From: Neodothiora populina
Lineage: Eukaryota
Direction of reading: 5' to 3'
DNA length: 64,000 bases
NCBI RefSeq assembly: GCF_041146345.1
Contig: NW_027191410.1
Location: 558,001 to 622,000 of the forward strand
Numbering within the stretch: the stretch's first letter is position 1; every line of letters starts with the position of its first letter. The notes below the pieces were generated by a model, which searched no databases, was not told the DNA's origin, and saw only the letters and a list, made by a program, of their open reading frames with translations. The translations under genes were made by a program, and so were the position numbers. Below are positions 23,001-35,810 of the stretch, in pieces.

Positions 23001-25602
23001 CCAATTTCAGAATGTGGACAGTATCCCGAATCTGATTGCCTAGATGTTGTGACTCCTGTCCTGCCTGATCTGCATCCGGTTGCGAGATTGCGGTTATACC
23101 TTCTCGAGCCAAGACTACCCAGAGATTCGCTTGAGTTGTCAACCCGGGATTTGATTCAACATGCTTTGCCATGACCTCTGAGCAATGGCGTAGTAAGTTG
23201 AGACGAGCCCTTCGGGTGACTTTGGCTTGACAAGTGTCGTGGAGCAGGGTTTGAGCGACTCGGAGATAGTCTGATTCTGCACTGACAGTGGCAGGTGGAT
23301 CACTGAAGAGGCCAAAGAGAAAGGCAATTGGCGACTGGAGCACAGCATGATGTTTGGAGGGCCGATGCGAGGGCGTCGGGGCTGCTTCGAAAGTTTCCGT
23401 GTCGTTGCGGACAAGATTGGCCTCGCTATAGTGTAGGGCTCCGAGCTTAGAGATGGATAGAACAACCAATTCCCCGAATCGTTTGATCCACATGCCACGG
23501 AACTGCTCCACGAAGTCTCTCGATGCCACCTTCCAGAGCCGACCGAAGAGATTCATAAGACAAGCCAGGGCGTCTCTAAGCTCCATGGATGTCCTCACTT
23601 CTTGACTACCGGCCTCAGCTATAGCGGTCAGGAGCTCTGACCAGCAAGTCTTGTGGATACCACTGTCCTCGCCGGGTGAGCCCAGGACGAGTATCAGATT
23701 GGGAGTGATAAGATCCAGTATCTTCTGTGTCCGGGATCGAACCCACTTGGGGTCCAGGCGTGGTAGTTGTTCAGGGGTCATTGCGGTGGGTTCATTGGCG
23801 AGGTTCGCGTTCCAAACACTCGAGGTGCCACTGAAAAGAGCTTTGAGTATGCGCGAGGCAAGAAGTGTGTCCTTGTTAGATGAACGGAATAGCTTCGCAA
23901 GGACCTGATGGACATACTCGTCCCAGTACATATCAAGTTCTTCGAAGCTCTGTGACGGGCGCAAGGCGTAATGGAGAAGGTGACAGTAACCCGAAACAGC
24001 TAGCTGTCGGGCCTCTCTTCCTTGCTTGTCGCGGTCTCTCTTCTCGAAAGCGACAACGAAGGGGATCTTGAGCATCTTCGCAATGCTGTCCATGGAGGTC
24101 ATGGTTTCCTTATCGGGAGAGATGACAAAGATAAGTCTGTTCCACGCCAGGTTGGCACGATACTTGACTTGCAGATCGCTCGAGTTCATGCACTTTTGTA
24201 TGATCAACAGCCACGACTTCTTGAACAATCCCCAGCGAGGCAGGCGGCTTTTGTTGCTCCTGAAGAAAAGAACCACCATAGACCAGACCTGAGGAACATG
24301 TGTCGCGAGGTCTTTCTGGTTGGTCATCTCGGTCAATCGTGCTATCAAGTAGTCCCCATACGTGTCAGCGCCCTCCGTAGGAGTAGCAAGCAGGTCTGTC
24401 ACCGCTTTCGTTGCCTGGTAATGTGTGCCCAGAGCAAGCCCAGCCTGTAGTCCGGTTTCAACTGCGCGCATGCGGATATCCTTGATGCTACTGAGTGAGC
24501 CGTGGAAGATGTGTGGCAACCAGTCGTTGATGGTCGATAGCATGACAAGAGGAGTCTGTTCGAGCATTCGTTGGAATATGACCAGCCGCGCTCCCACGAC
24601 GCTGTTGCCAGTGACGCGGTCATGGATAGTATCCAAAGCAGCGATGAGTCTTTCAGCCTTGGCAGCAGTGACGACCTTGGAGGAGAACCTCTGCACCGCG
24701 AGGAGGTGCATGTGGTGGTTTGCGATGATCTTGCTAACTTCTGGGCGAGCGACGACACCAAGTGATTTGTCCAGGAGAAAGTTCTGAAAGTCTTCGTCAT
24801 AGCAATCCTCCAGGGACTGGATCAACGGAATAGCGGTCGCAAGCTTGAGCGCCTGAGTTGCGATGCTTGAGCTGACAGGATCGTTCTTTGTGGGCGAGGC
24901 ACTTGGCGAGGCTGAAGCAGAGATGTCACGAATCATGAATCGAACCAGAAGGCCCATCTTGGCCTTGAGAGCCTGAGGATCAGGAAGATCATGATACGCT
25001 TTCAGGGCGCCATTCAATGTGCGATAACCATCAAGCCGCATAGCTAGAGAAGGAGCAGCCAGCAGCTTGACTACGGATTCCAGCATATTGACGAAGCTCG
25101 GTGGTTCAACACCTGCTGTTGCATCCGCGGTGGCGACAGAGAAGTAGTCGGGACCAGGTGAAGCAAGGCTATCAGGAGTAGGGGAGTCCCTGTTGGGGGT
25201 GGATTTGAGGATAGATTTGAGCGGTTTGGAGTCCTTGTTCAAGGCCAGCCTCATCAGCAAGGGATTGCCCTTGAGTGGTGTATCAAACGTGTTCGGCTTG
25301 TGGGCAGTGACACATGGTGAGAACTCGACCTTCTTCCCCAGCCTGTCCTTGACACTGTTCTCCAATGACGAGGGCGGCGAGGAGGGAGCTTGCTCTTGTG
25401 GATCTCGTGCTGTCGAGGAAGTTAAGGTGATTGGTTCCTGCTCGTCTCGAAACTTGGGGGCCGCTTGGAAGTCTGACTCCAGGAATCGGATGGCCTCGTC
25501 TATGTTCTCATGGTGGTCTTTGGGCGGAGTGGGTGGTCGATTGGTGAGACGCTCGAAGGCTGTGGTGCTTGCGGTTGCGCCGGTGGTGGGTTTGGAGACC
25601 AT
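20017..25602 (-). CDS. RIF1: Rap1-interacting factor 1 (telomere length / replication timing regulator); intron 22458-22405
   Basis: N-terminal RPPTPPK, PP1-docking KKVEF (RVxF) and KSILK (SILK), HEAT-like Rif1_N region (LPRLDPKWVR), LRHDNSQLEF, long acidic IDR and a C-terminal helical domain. Confidence 0.9.
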
Positions 25603-25790
25603 GACCAGGACGGGCCGACTATAATTGGGAGATGGTGAATTGGAGATATCCGCCCATGCTGAACCGAAGAAGGAAAGCGTCCGGTGTTCCTCAACTCCTC
25701 TGGTCTTTTTGTTTAGTCTTTTTGTAATAGTGAGAGGTGAAAGTGTTCTGATGAGAACAAAAGAATATGTGAATGCAGTTACTGCTGAGA

Positions 25791-25850
25791 CAACGCGCAA
25801 CACGCTCTTTCCGCTTTCTACACGCGACTGCACTTTCAGGGCGCGTAAAG
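25791..25850. promoter_or_regulatory. MCB-like element cluster upstream of RIF1
   Basis: ACGCGC (25793), ACGCGA (25822), GCGCGTAAA (25841). Confidence 0.4.
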
Positions 25851-26279
25851 TGCCCGAGCCTTATTTGCACTTAACTCCGCGGTCGCCGACAGCCATTCTA
25901 CCTAAGGTACTGTACGGAGACCAAAGCTACTTTACCTTAAGGTACCTATAGAACAACCTGCAGTCCTTTACATTGAAGTAGTCGTACACAATTTTAGACT
26001 ATTCTTGTCCATTGAACTTAGATCACTGCACTGAAAATATAAAGCCATCATACTTTGTCATCGTAATATTGGACTCATAAGTCCACAGCCTTGAACTACA
26101 TGAGATATTCATTCGTGCTTTCCCACTCATACAAGTACAACAATGCTTGTGCAGATCGCCTATATCTCAATAAATTAAGCTTCACCTCCTTCCGTCTCTC
26201 TAACCCTGTTCCGACCCTATCTTGCCACACCTTATAGACAACCATCTGCAGGAACTCCTCTGGCTTAGGGTATCACACT

Positions 26280-28072
26280 ATGATGTCTCTCCTTGCTCGG
26301 TCATTGCCCAGTCCTGGTACACAGCAAGGTCAGTCATGCGCATTCGTCTACAGCTCTGATCCTTCGCTTATACTCTATAGCAATCAAAGAAGTGGATAGT
26401 CTTCTAGCCCGACTCCGCACGGATCTCACCAAACACGATTTATCTGCCCAAGGCAAGCGAGACCCGTCAGTCAATCTTGCAAGCATGTGTTGATACAGTC
26501 AGACCAAAAAGTATCGCTTGAAAAACTCAAGGTGCTGGGCCGACAGCCTTCCAATTCAGGGGCAATCTTTGCCGAAGACGTAAGTCGAATTCACTTGTAC
26601 CTATTCGAGGCTTGAGGATTGAATATTTATGACAGGGCATAAGCCTCCTTTGCACATATGCGTTCGATCAAAATGACCTCGATGTGGCTCACGAAGCCTC
26701 GCGATGTCTAGCGAATGCGATGTTGCTGTCAGAACCCTCAAGGCAGGTCTTCCTTGATCTAGGTTATGCCGAGAAAGCAGTCAAGTGCCTAGCAGTGAGT
26801 GCGGTTCAGCGAGGAATATTGTATGCCTTACTGACAGGCCAAAAGAAAGACGACCGAGATGACGAGTTCCTCCTCTCACGCATCATTTTCCTTCTGACGT
26901 ATGGAACAACAGTGGATCTGACTGTATTGGTGCGAGATCTTGGGCTGGCAAAGAACATCTGCAAGGTCTGTATACCAGCTCTCAATGTACCTATCTCTTA
27001 ACAAAAGAGCTGAACTTCCTTCCAGAACATTGCCTCGCATGCAAGAAGGCTCGAGGATCCCAATGAACCCAGACATCCAATGGATGACATGGCTCTTGCT
27101 GAGACACTGAAACTGCTGTTCAATGTGACGGCAAAGGTCCCAGAGCTTGCAGAAAACTTTGCCGATAGCGTTGCGGATCTGTTCACCATCCTAACGAGCA
27201 GAGAATTTCCCTCACTACCTCTGCAGTCTCCAGTGGATTTGATTCTGAACGCACTTATGAACCTAGATATACCTCCTAGATGCGCATCGAACCACGCCTA
27301 TACGGAGCGCCTGTTGGGTTTACTAGAAAGTTGCGTGACGAACTACCCTGAGCGCGAACTCGACAAAGCTGCAATGCCTCTTGTGACCCTCCTACGAAAA
27401 TTCTACACCGCCGCTTCCCAAGAGAACAAGCAGACCATGCAAGCCCGCCTCCTCCCCGACGACTCGGCCCGTTCACAACCACTCGGCAAAGACGACAGCC
27501 TGCCCTCGCGTCTACTACGCCTGTCCGCTTCTGCATCTCTACTACAACTCCACCAGAACATTTCGACTCTGCTCTTCGAGCTATCAGACAGCGACGCCAC
27601 GAAATTCATCCACAATATCGGCTACGGCTATGCGGCGGGATTCCTCGCCTCGAACAACATCGATGTGCCACAAAGCGCAATGCAGAACGGCAGCGCGTCT
27701 GGCACCACCACCAGTAGCAATGTCACCGAGATCAACGACGATAGCGACGACGACATCAATCCCATCACAGGCCAGCGAAGAGCTGCTGAGCCAGTCGACG
27801 ATCTGCCCGAGATGACTCAAGAAGAAAAAGAGCGCGAGGCCGAGCGATTATTCGTTTTATTCGAGAGGTATGTTGTTCCTTGCCTTTCCTCGCAAATATT
27901 GTTGTGTCTATTTCTGGTTCGGGATCGAATGCATCATAGTTTGCGTAATAGTAGTAGCAAGAAAAGACGACTAAAGTGTGAGAACAGGCTGCGAGCGACG
28001 GGCGTGGTCGACGTCAAGAACCCTGTACAGCAAGCTATGGACGAGGGGCGATTTGAGGAACTCGATGATTAG
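26280..28072 (+). CDS. RIC8: Ric8/synembryn G-alpha guanine nucleotide exchange factor/chaperone (introns 26329-26380, 26453-26502 GC-AG, 26580-26635, 26795-26845, 26966-27025, 27868-27987)
   Basis: LEKLKVLGR, EASRCLANA, DEFLLSRIIFLLTY, ETLKLLFNVT, FIHNIGYGYAAGFL, INPITGQ, MTQEEKEREAERLFVLFERL and VDVKNPV. Confidence 0.9.
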
Positions 28073-28310
28073 ACCTTCTCTTTTTCCTCATTGCATCATC
28101 TCTGGTTGAAACTTTAGAGTGGTGAGTATTGCGAAAGTCTGTCATACAGCCTGCGAAGGCCACGACAAGGCCATATCTGTTCGCCATGCGACGAATAGTA
28201 TCCATCAAGGACGGAGTGAGAGAGTAGAAATATCCAATAAGATGACTTTTCCTATTCGGATCACAGACTATCTCGGGGTTTTTCTGGCTTGTTTACTTCC
28301 ACATTGTTCA

Positions 28311-28338
28311 AGGAAAAAGATCTAGGAAAAAGATCTAG
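28311..28338. repeat. 13-bp tandem duplication (AGGAAAAAGATCT)x2
   Basis: aggaaaaagatctaggaaaaagatctag in the convergent RIC8/PLB 3' region. Confidence 0.8.
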
Positions 28339-28581
28339 ATTGGATATAGAATGAAAGCTGCCCTTGCCTAATTACACCCAAAACAAACAAGACACCACCT
28401 ATGCCCGACCCCACCTCTTTGAATATTGAGTATAAATCAAATCCCTATGTTCCAGGTTTCCCATATGATTCCACCTGCCCCCTCCTCCCTCCGCTGATAA
28501 CCCCATGGGAGTTTCGTCTGATCAAGACAGATCTGATGACATAGATTGAAGGCTGAAATGAAACGAAACATTATAACAAAT

Positions 28582-30602
28582 CTAAAGCACCTGCCAAGCA
28601 GCGACAGCGAGCGCGGCCACGAGCGTCATCGTGGATCTCGTGGAATCCGCAGATCCGAAAGCCAGACCCGAAGCCGCGCTGGTGACGTTGATGGCAGCGA
28701 CCTTGAAGTCAGGCGAGTAATCAGCGGGACGGGTCGAGTTGATGGTTCCGTCCCAGCAGTACGTGTTGAAGCACTGAGTGCAGACATCTGGGACCGGGGT
28801 GTTGGTGCGGTTCAGCGAGCGGCTGAGGATGGCGCATCCAACGCAGGTGGGCCACATGGGGTCGATGGTCGAGTTGCCTTGGGTCGCTACGTCCCAGCCG
28901 TTGTTGATGATGAAGTTGCGCTCTGCGTCCTCGTACTCGAGGTCGTAAGTGCTGACGTTGCTCTGGTAAGAGTAAGGTGCGTTGGGAAGGTAGACAATGA
29001 GAGGGGTGGTCGAGGTCGTGTTTCCAGGGTCGCAGCCGAACATGGTGGGTCGGTTGTTCAGGCCAAGGTTGACAAAGGTGTTCTGGTCCGGGACGGAGGG
29101 GAAAGAGGTTCCGTTGGCAATGTCAAGGAACGTGCGGGCGTAAGTGGCAACAAGAGCGGTGCCGTTTGGCCAGCTCGCAGCGTACGGAGCGACCGTGTCT
29201 GCGGAAGAATCGACGGCAAAGATAACATCCACATGACGAACAGGTTGAATCAGGGGGTGGAGAGGGATGTTCTGAAGATCCTCGCCACCATCGACAAGAG
29301 TCAGCTGATCGATGTTGGCGACGGGATTAGTGGCGTTGTTGAAGTGGTAGAATGGATTGGGATAGTCGGCGATATCGTCATCATCTTCGCCAATGTCGGC
29401 AAGGATGTTAGTAAGGACGGTGTTCAGGATGCCGGTGGATCCGTTGATTGATAGGAAGGCTTGGTTAAAAAGGGAGCTGGAAGTTCCCATGATGAAGCCG
29501 ACGTTGTCAAACCCGCGCACACATTGCTGGTTTCCAACAACCTCACCGGCAGTGAAATTGGTGCCGAGATATTCGATAGGAACAAAACCGTAGGTGGTAG
29601 GATCGAAAGTACCTAGTTCCCAGGGGTTGACCTCGTACACTGTCGCGTTGCCGTCCACGACCAACTCGCCAGGCTGGCGACCATCGGTTGTGAACAAGGG
29701 CATAGGAACACTTCCGGACGTGAACCAGTCCTGGAGGGCAATGGATGAGAAGGTGTACGCAGGGCCACCATTGCTGGCATTCACCAGCTGGTAAGACAGA
29801 GCACGTCCCCAGTAGTCGGTGATGGTAGTGTTGTAGCCTGCGTCGTTCTTGCCTTGCACATCATCATAAATGGCCTTGTAGTACTCGGCCGAGTCGAGCA
29901 GCTGAATAGAGCCGGCATCGGGTCCTTCCAAGATCGAGTTTCCAAACTGCCAGAGTGCACCGCTAGAACTGTTGTCTAGGTCGAGGATATTTTGCACGGA
30001 AGTGAAGTTGTTCGTGAACAGACTTCCAACCATCCATGATCCACCAGAAAGACCTGCTAGGTACGTCGAAGATTGAAGCAGACCACCCAGCTGTCCTGGA
30101 CTAGTAGAGTTTGCAGATCGGTCATCGAATGCGGCAACAGCACCTGCAGCGTTCATCAAAGCTCGGTATCCTCCACCCGATACGGCGATAGCAATGTTAG
30201 GCAACGCACTGACGTTGTTTGCAGCGCTGTCAATGTAGGCGTCGGTATCCAACCCTGTAATGTTCAAACGTGCAAGCAGCGTCTTCATGGGATTGACTGT
30301 ATAATTCCTTCTAAGCTGCAGCCATTCCGTTTCATTGGACGACAGTCCAGTCGCATTACGGATCGTGGGTCGGACAGCCGGACAGTCTACAGCTTCAGGG
30401 GTGTAGCCATTCGGCGCGTTAGGCAGAGCACGTCTCGGCAGAGCCAACGCAAGACCTTCTGCAGCAGCTTCTTCGACAGTAGGATTACGGATCACAACAG
30501 ATGCTTCGAAGTCTCAGCGGCCAGCTTTAGATGTGTTGATGTGGTTCTGCACTTACCGGCTGCGGTCGAGATGAGACCGGCCAAGATCGACGGGCTCTTC
30601 AT
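28582..30602 (-). CDS. Secreted, probably GPI-anchored lysophospholipase / phospholipase B (exons 30602-30557, 30503-28582)
   Basis: Signal peptide MKSPSILAGLISTAA; SGGGYRAL, GLSGGSW (catalytic Ser), LVDGGEDLQNIPLHP; hydrophobic C-terminal GPI-like tail. Confidence 0.93.
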
Positions 30603-33458
30603 GGCAAAAAGTATGTGGGGTAAATCGTGAAAAATGATATGCACTCGCAACCACGCCCAGAGGCGAAGAGGGGAGTATATATGTTTCGATACAAAACGGA
30701 GATTCTCTCGGAGCACCGCCGGCTGAGTCGGGAGACATACGAAATGCTTTCAAAACATACATTCCCAATGTGACGTCGCACGGTACTTGGCTATGCTTAA
30801 AAACCGGGGCTCGGATGCTCCGGTCCCGGGTTCGCATTGGCAATCCGGACAGATCATATTTTCAAGTCTTCGACAAATTTACTATTTTCGATAAGCTTTA
30901 GGTCGGGTATGCGTGTAGCAGAACGCCTTGAACGCCTTGAACTCCTGCGGTGGGCATACTGTACTATACAGCTCAAGGCGGGCTTGGACGTTCTCTTAGA
31001 CCGATATAGTACCCTACGCTTAGCAAGTCGCTGGTGCTCAGCCATGTCGATCAATCCTGGGGAGCTGGTAATTTGCAGTTATGCCCTTCTTCATGCAGGA
31101 CCAACAAAGCTGCGCCTCCAATCCCGCAGGGTGCCGGGCAAATCTCCTGCAGGAACCGCCGACTGCAAATTCTGAACCCACACTTGTCTTCCTTACTTAC
31201 GTCCGCAACAAATGCAAAAGGAGCGTTGTTAGGTAAGATCAGTCGGTCAGACAACTGCCCAAGTCTAACGTGTAGGAATCGGCCAGTGAAACAACTCACA
31301 ACCTAAGCTCCGTGCCTCGGGGGTCGATTCACCAGAGCTTAATATCCATTCATGAGGTCATCTATCGCAACGCCCCGCGGTTACACCTCTAATATCTGGA
31401 ATCATTCATACCTAAGGTAAGTAAGGTAAGGTACAGTACCTTATTCGGTTCGAGATGTATGAACGTCTGCATCGACAACGTGGTTAAACTTGCTCCATTC
31501 TCTCATCACACCTTGGACTTCAAGTCTACCTTACTTAGTTTATATGACTCAAAAACCTCTGTAAAGCTGTACAAGGTAGCGCAGTCTACTTGTGCACTCG
31601 GCGAGGGACTCGATTGATGAATTGATAGACTGCGTACTCGTCAAAGATTATCTCGTACCATAATCCAATGTGCAGCAAATTGCTTGCTGCGTGACCACCT
31701 CGAATGAGTATGCTTGACTTGTTCCTCCGGCCCCCTTATCGTCACGACGAGAAGCAGTCACGACCGATATACAGCCTGCCAGTGTACAATAAAAAGACAA
31801 TCAAGTAGGATCGCGGGTGTGCCGGGCTTATATTACTGCTCGCGACGCACTGAGATCAATCGCGATGCATTTATACAAACAAGTCAGGGGCGGTTCCATC
31901 TACAGTACTCTATCGCACGAGTGCTTGTGCTGCAACATTATACAAAGTTGAGACATTCCACTTTGAGAGATTTACCATCTGTGCTACGCTTGCACGCTAA
32001 TTTATATGATGGCTTTCCGTGTAGCAGGCGATCTCCCGGACCCGTAGTTCATCGGAGAAATCATGGATCAGGGTACGGTACGGAGTACTGTTCAAATAGG
32101 TTTGGATATAAGTCAGTGAAGTACTCTCGGTACTCGGTAGAAGCCTTTCCAGCTTTATTTCCGATCGAGAGGGTCGAGTTTGGTTTTCTGCCGAAGGCGG
32201 TATGCCAGCAGCATCGATGGCGATTAGCTCGCGTCGATAGGCAATGTGAACAGGTTCCAACCACACTCACATCACTCGCATACTGTACTCCGGCGTATTG
32301 GTCGTCGTGGTATCCAGCACGAAAGAGGTCCCTGATAGCGTGATAACTCAAGACGATGCCAAAACATCAAGTCATGATTATGCAATCTGGTAGGCACCCG
32401 ATGCGTATGTCAAATTATGCTCTCTGCATTTTTGCGAAGTACTGTCTCTGTAATTGTTTCACTATGGACAACTTTACGATAAAGTCGTGCTGATATCGAG
32501 CTCAGGTACAGTAATGTAACAGTTTGTATAGTCGTTGCCAAGTCCAGGTGAGCTTCGGGCAAGCGCACTTGTATATGAAGGACCAATTACCATCAATTTT
32601 GTTAATCATGCCCTTGCATCTAGCTGAATCTATTGCATAAGCACTACCCTCGTCACACTTCAGAGCTTCACGAGGCCATCTCCTCGTTCGCACGCAAACA
32701 TCACATGAGGCCACGTTCCAGACATGAATTACAATCGGGTTGATGGTCATGCTCTGTGAGTTTCCCTGGAGAGTGATTGGCGGTACTGCTAAGGTATAAT
32801 GAAGCGACTCGAGAGATGTCGGGGTGATTGACGTCTATCAGGACCTGCGAATGGACTCTTTATCCTGGGACCTACCCACCTGTCTGCAACTACTAACACT
32901 ACACGTGCTTTACAGACCTTTGAAACCGAGTCACTCCGTGTGAATGGGTATTTTGGACTGGGTAAGGCAAGGCAGAGTAACGGTGGTGTGCAGAGTACAG
33001 TGAGTAAGATATGTGTAAGGTAGTGGGGGAAGGCGAACCCGGGCCGGCTTATCGGTGGATGATCTTACAAACTTATCTCTTATGTGTAGCACAAGGGCGT
33101 GATTCGGCCAGTCTGCAGAGCCGTGTGAGCAATTATGGCCATGTTTATAACCAGATGCAGAGGCCAGAGAAGACTCATTCCAGTTTTTGAGATGATACAA
33201 TCCTTGAGAAGAACATATTCAGCATAGGTGCAAAAGCGAGATAGACACACCCACATTTCTCCAAGTCTGCTTGTAGCTGTAACAGCAATTGGAACTGCAT
33301 CATCTGCATCCCCCCGCATCAGCCATTTCTCCGCAATCACTGCGTCACCTCCACTGAGATTACAGCAGCAATATTGTCTTGGTTGCTTTTGGTTTTCTGC
33401 CTCGGGATAGAATCTTACTCCGGTATTCATAAGACCTCTTTTCCACCCAATCGTCGCA

Positions 33459-35228
33459 ATGTCGCTCCTCACACGTCTTGCTTCAAGGTCGAGCATCAGA
33501 TCTAGTTTTCAACCGATAGCCCGCCTGAACATCACCACAAGATCATACGCCGCCATGGGTCACTCTGTTCCCCCTGTGAGTATTGTCCTCATGCTTTCTC
33601 TCCTTGGTCATTCACTGACTCGGCTCCGCACGCTTCACAGCTCAAGGACCCGTCCCTGTTCAAGCAACAGGCCTTCGTCAATGGCAAATGGGTCGACGCA
33701 AAGTCGGGTCAGACCTTCGAGGTCCACGGTACGGCGATAGAGACACGGTCGTGACGATGCAGCAAATGACAACTGACACGGTGCAAACAGATCCCGCCAC
33801 CCACATGTTGATCGGAACGATGCCAGAGATGAGCAAGGACGACGTCCAAACCGCCATTGACGCCGCCGCCGCCGCCCTCCCCGAGTTCCGAAAGAAGACT
33901 GGAAGAGAGAGGTCCAGGTTACTACGAAAGTGGTACGATCTCATGGTCGAGAATGCCGACGATCTGGCCAAGCTCATCACCTGGGAGAACGGAAAGCCCA
34001 TGGCAGACGCAAAGGGCGAGGCGAGCTACGCTGCCAACTTCTTCGAGTGGTTCAGTGAGGAAGCTCCAAGAATATACGGAGACACTATCCCTACATCCGT
34101 CGCCGCAAACAGAGTCTACACCCTCAAGGAGCCCGTTGGTGTCTGCGGCTTCATCACTCCCTGGAATTTCCCCGTGAGTATTGCTGTACTTCCATCTTCT
34201 TCGAGGTCCATTGCTGATGACTGCAGGCTGCCATGATCACCAGAAAGATGGGACCCGCCCTTGCCGCAGGATGCACCGTTGTCGCCAAGTCTCCTGGAGA
34301 GACTCCCTTCACTGCCGCCGCCATTGCCGAGCTCTCTGTCCGCGCCGGGATCCCGCCCGGTGTCGTGAACATCGTGACGGCAATGAAGAATACCCCTGAG
34401 GTTGGCGAAACCATCACATCGTCAAAAACCGTCAAGAAGGTCTCTTTCACCGGCAGCACTGGCGTCGGAAAATTGCTCATGAAGCAATCCTCCGACACTC
34501 TCAAGAAGCTGTCATTCGAGCTCGGTGGCAATGCACCTTTCATAGTCTTCGATGACGCCGACCTTGACGCAGCAGTCGCCGGCGCCGTCGCCTCCAAGTT
34601 CAGATCGTCAGGCCAGACCTGTGTCTGTGCAAACCGTCTGTACGTGCAGAGTGCCATCTACGACAAGTTCGCCGATGCTCTCGCTGCCAAGGTCAAGGCA
34701 TTCAAGGTCGGCCACGGATACGACGAGGGTGTGACACATGGCCCTCTCATCCATGACCGTGCCATTGGCAAGGTCGAGCAGCATGTCCAAGATGCCGTCG
34801 CGCATGGTGGCAAAGTTCTCGTTGGCGGTCAGAAGTTACCCGAGCTCGGTGACAACTTCTATGCACCAACCGTTATCCGCGATATGTCCTCCGAGATGAA
34901 GCTTACCCACGAAGAGACTTTCGGACCTGTGGCCGGTCTCTACAAGTTCGACACCGAGGCTGATGTGATCAAGTTGGCCAACGACACTGATGTCGGCCTT
35001 GCCGGATACTTCTTCTCGCAGGATATCCAACGCTGCTACAGAGTGGCCGAGGCTCTGGAGGTCGGCATGGTTGGTGTCAACACTGGCTTGATCAGTGACC
35101 CCGCTGCACCTTTCGGAGGTGTCAAGGAATCTGGTTTCGGCCGAGAAGGAAGCAAGTATGGAATTGCCGAGTACACGGTCACCAAGATGGTCACGTTGGG
35201 TGGCAACGCACAACCTCTGCAATCATAA
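33459..35228 (+). CDS. UGA2: Mitochondrial succinate-semialdehyde dehydrogenase (introns 33576-33640, 33729-33790, 34174-34226)
   Basis: Arg/Ser-rich presequence; WFSEEAPRIYG, TPWNFPAAMITRK, SFTGSTGVGK, ELGGNAPF, SGQTCVCANR, EETFGP, PFGGVKESGFGREGS. Confidence 0.93.
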
Positions 35229-35437
35229 TTTGTATATATTTTCGAATAGCCAGCTGGTCCTTCATGGACCAACAAATGATACACGACCCATGCAGCCTTT
35301 GACAATTGCGCAAAGCCTGCTTGTACAAAGACTGTTTTCTGAGCTCACAAGTAATCATCACTCATATATCGAATTCATTCATGCCTAGCCATGAGCGGAT
35401 CTACCATCCATGTGGTGTTGCGTAAAGGCATACTTTT

Positions 35438-35810
35438 TGCAGGGTTGGCTTTTCACAATCCCTTTGAGATCACGATGCGTTGAGGCTCATTCCACCAATA
35501 CAGTAAGTTGTCTCGGGTTATAATGTTCTCACCCAGTCAAAGAATCATTTCAGCACCATGGTCGCAGTCTATGCACGTCTCAGGGACTAGGGCTGGAGGA
35601 ACATTGGTAGCATTGTCCATGTTCTTCCCCACTTCCCCACCACACCTCCGCGAATTACAGTAGTGCAGCCCGCATACGAATCAAGGCGTCGTTATTGGTT
35701 CCTGCCCCACAGAAACTCAATCTTCCGCGTATCCAGTCTTTCCAACGTATGCAGAAGTCCCAAAACAATTACACCTGCTTATCATGACAAGCCTTTTCAT
35801 TATGACCAAG
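35438..35810 (+). pseudogene. Possible heavily decayed HSL-family alpha/beta-hydrolase relic
   Basis: Frame-broken collinear fragments CRLAFHNPF (cf. YRLAPENPF), CVEA, VSGTRAGGTL (cf. GxSAGG), IKGVVI and PKTITPAYHDKPFHYDQ; recognised by eye only. Confidence 0.22.

Noticed and set aside
25603..25833. N-terminal extensions of the ORF-track calls for RIF1 (and likewise ENP2, Pol kappa and the HhH gene)
   Set aside because: Near-cognate or weak starts upstream of ATGs that match family N-termini; the RIF1 extension overlaps promoter-like sequence.
31714..32351. Overlapping 209, 96 and 89-aa ORFs in the 2.8-kb PLB-UGA2 gap
   Set aside because: Non-ATG starts, no recognisable domain or consistent splice model. 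A lncRNA or relic cannot be excluded without BLASTX or RNA-seq.
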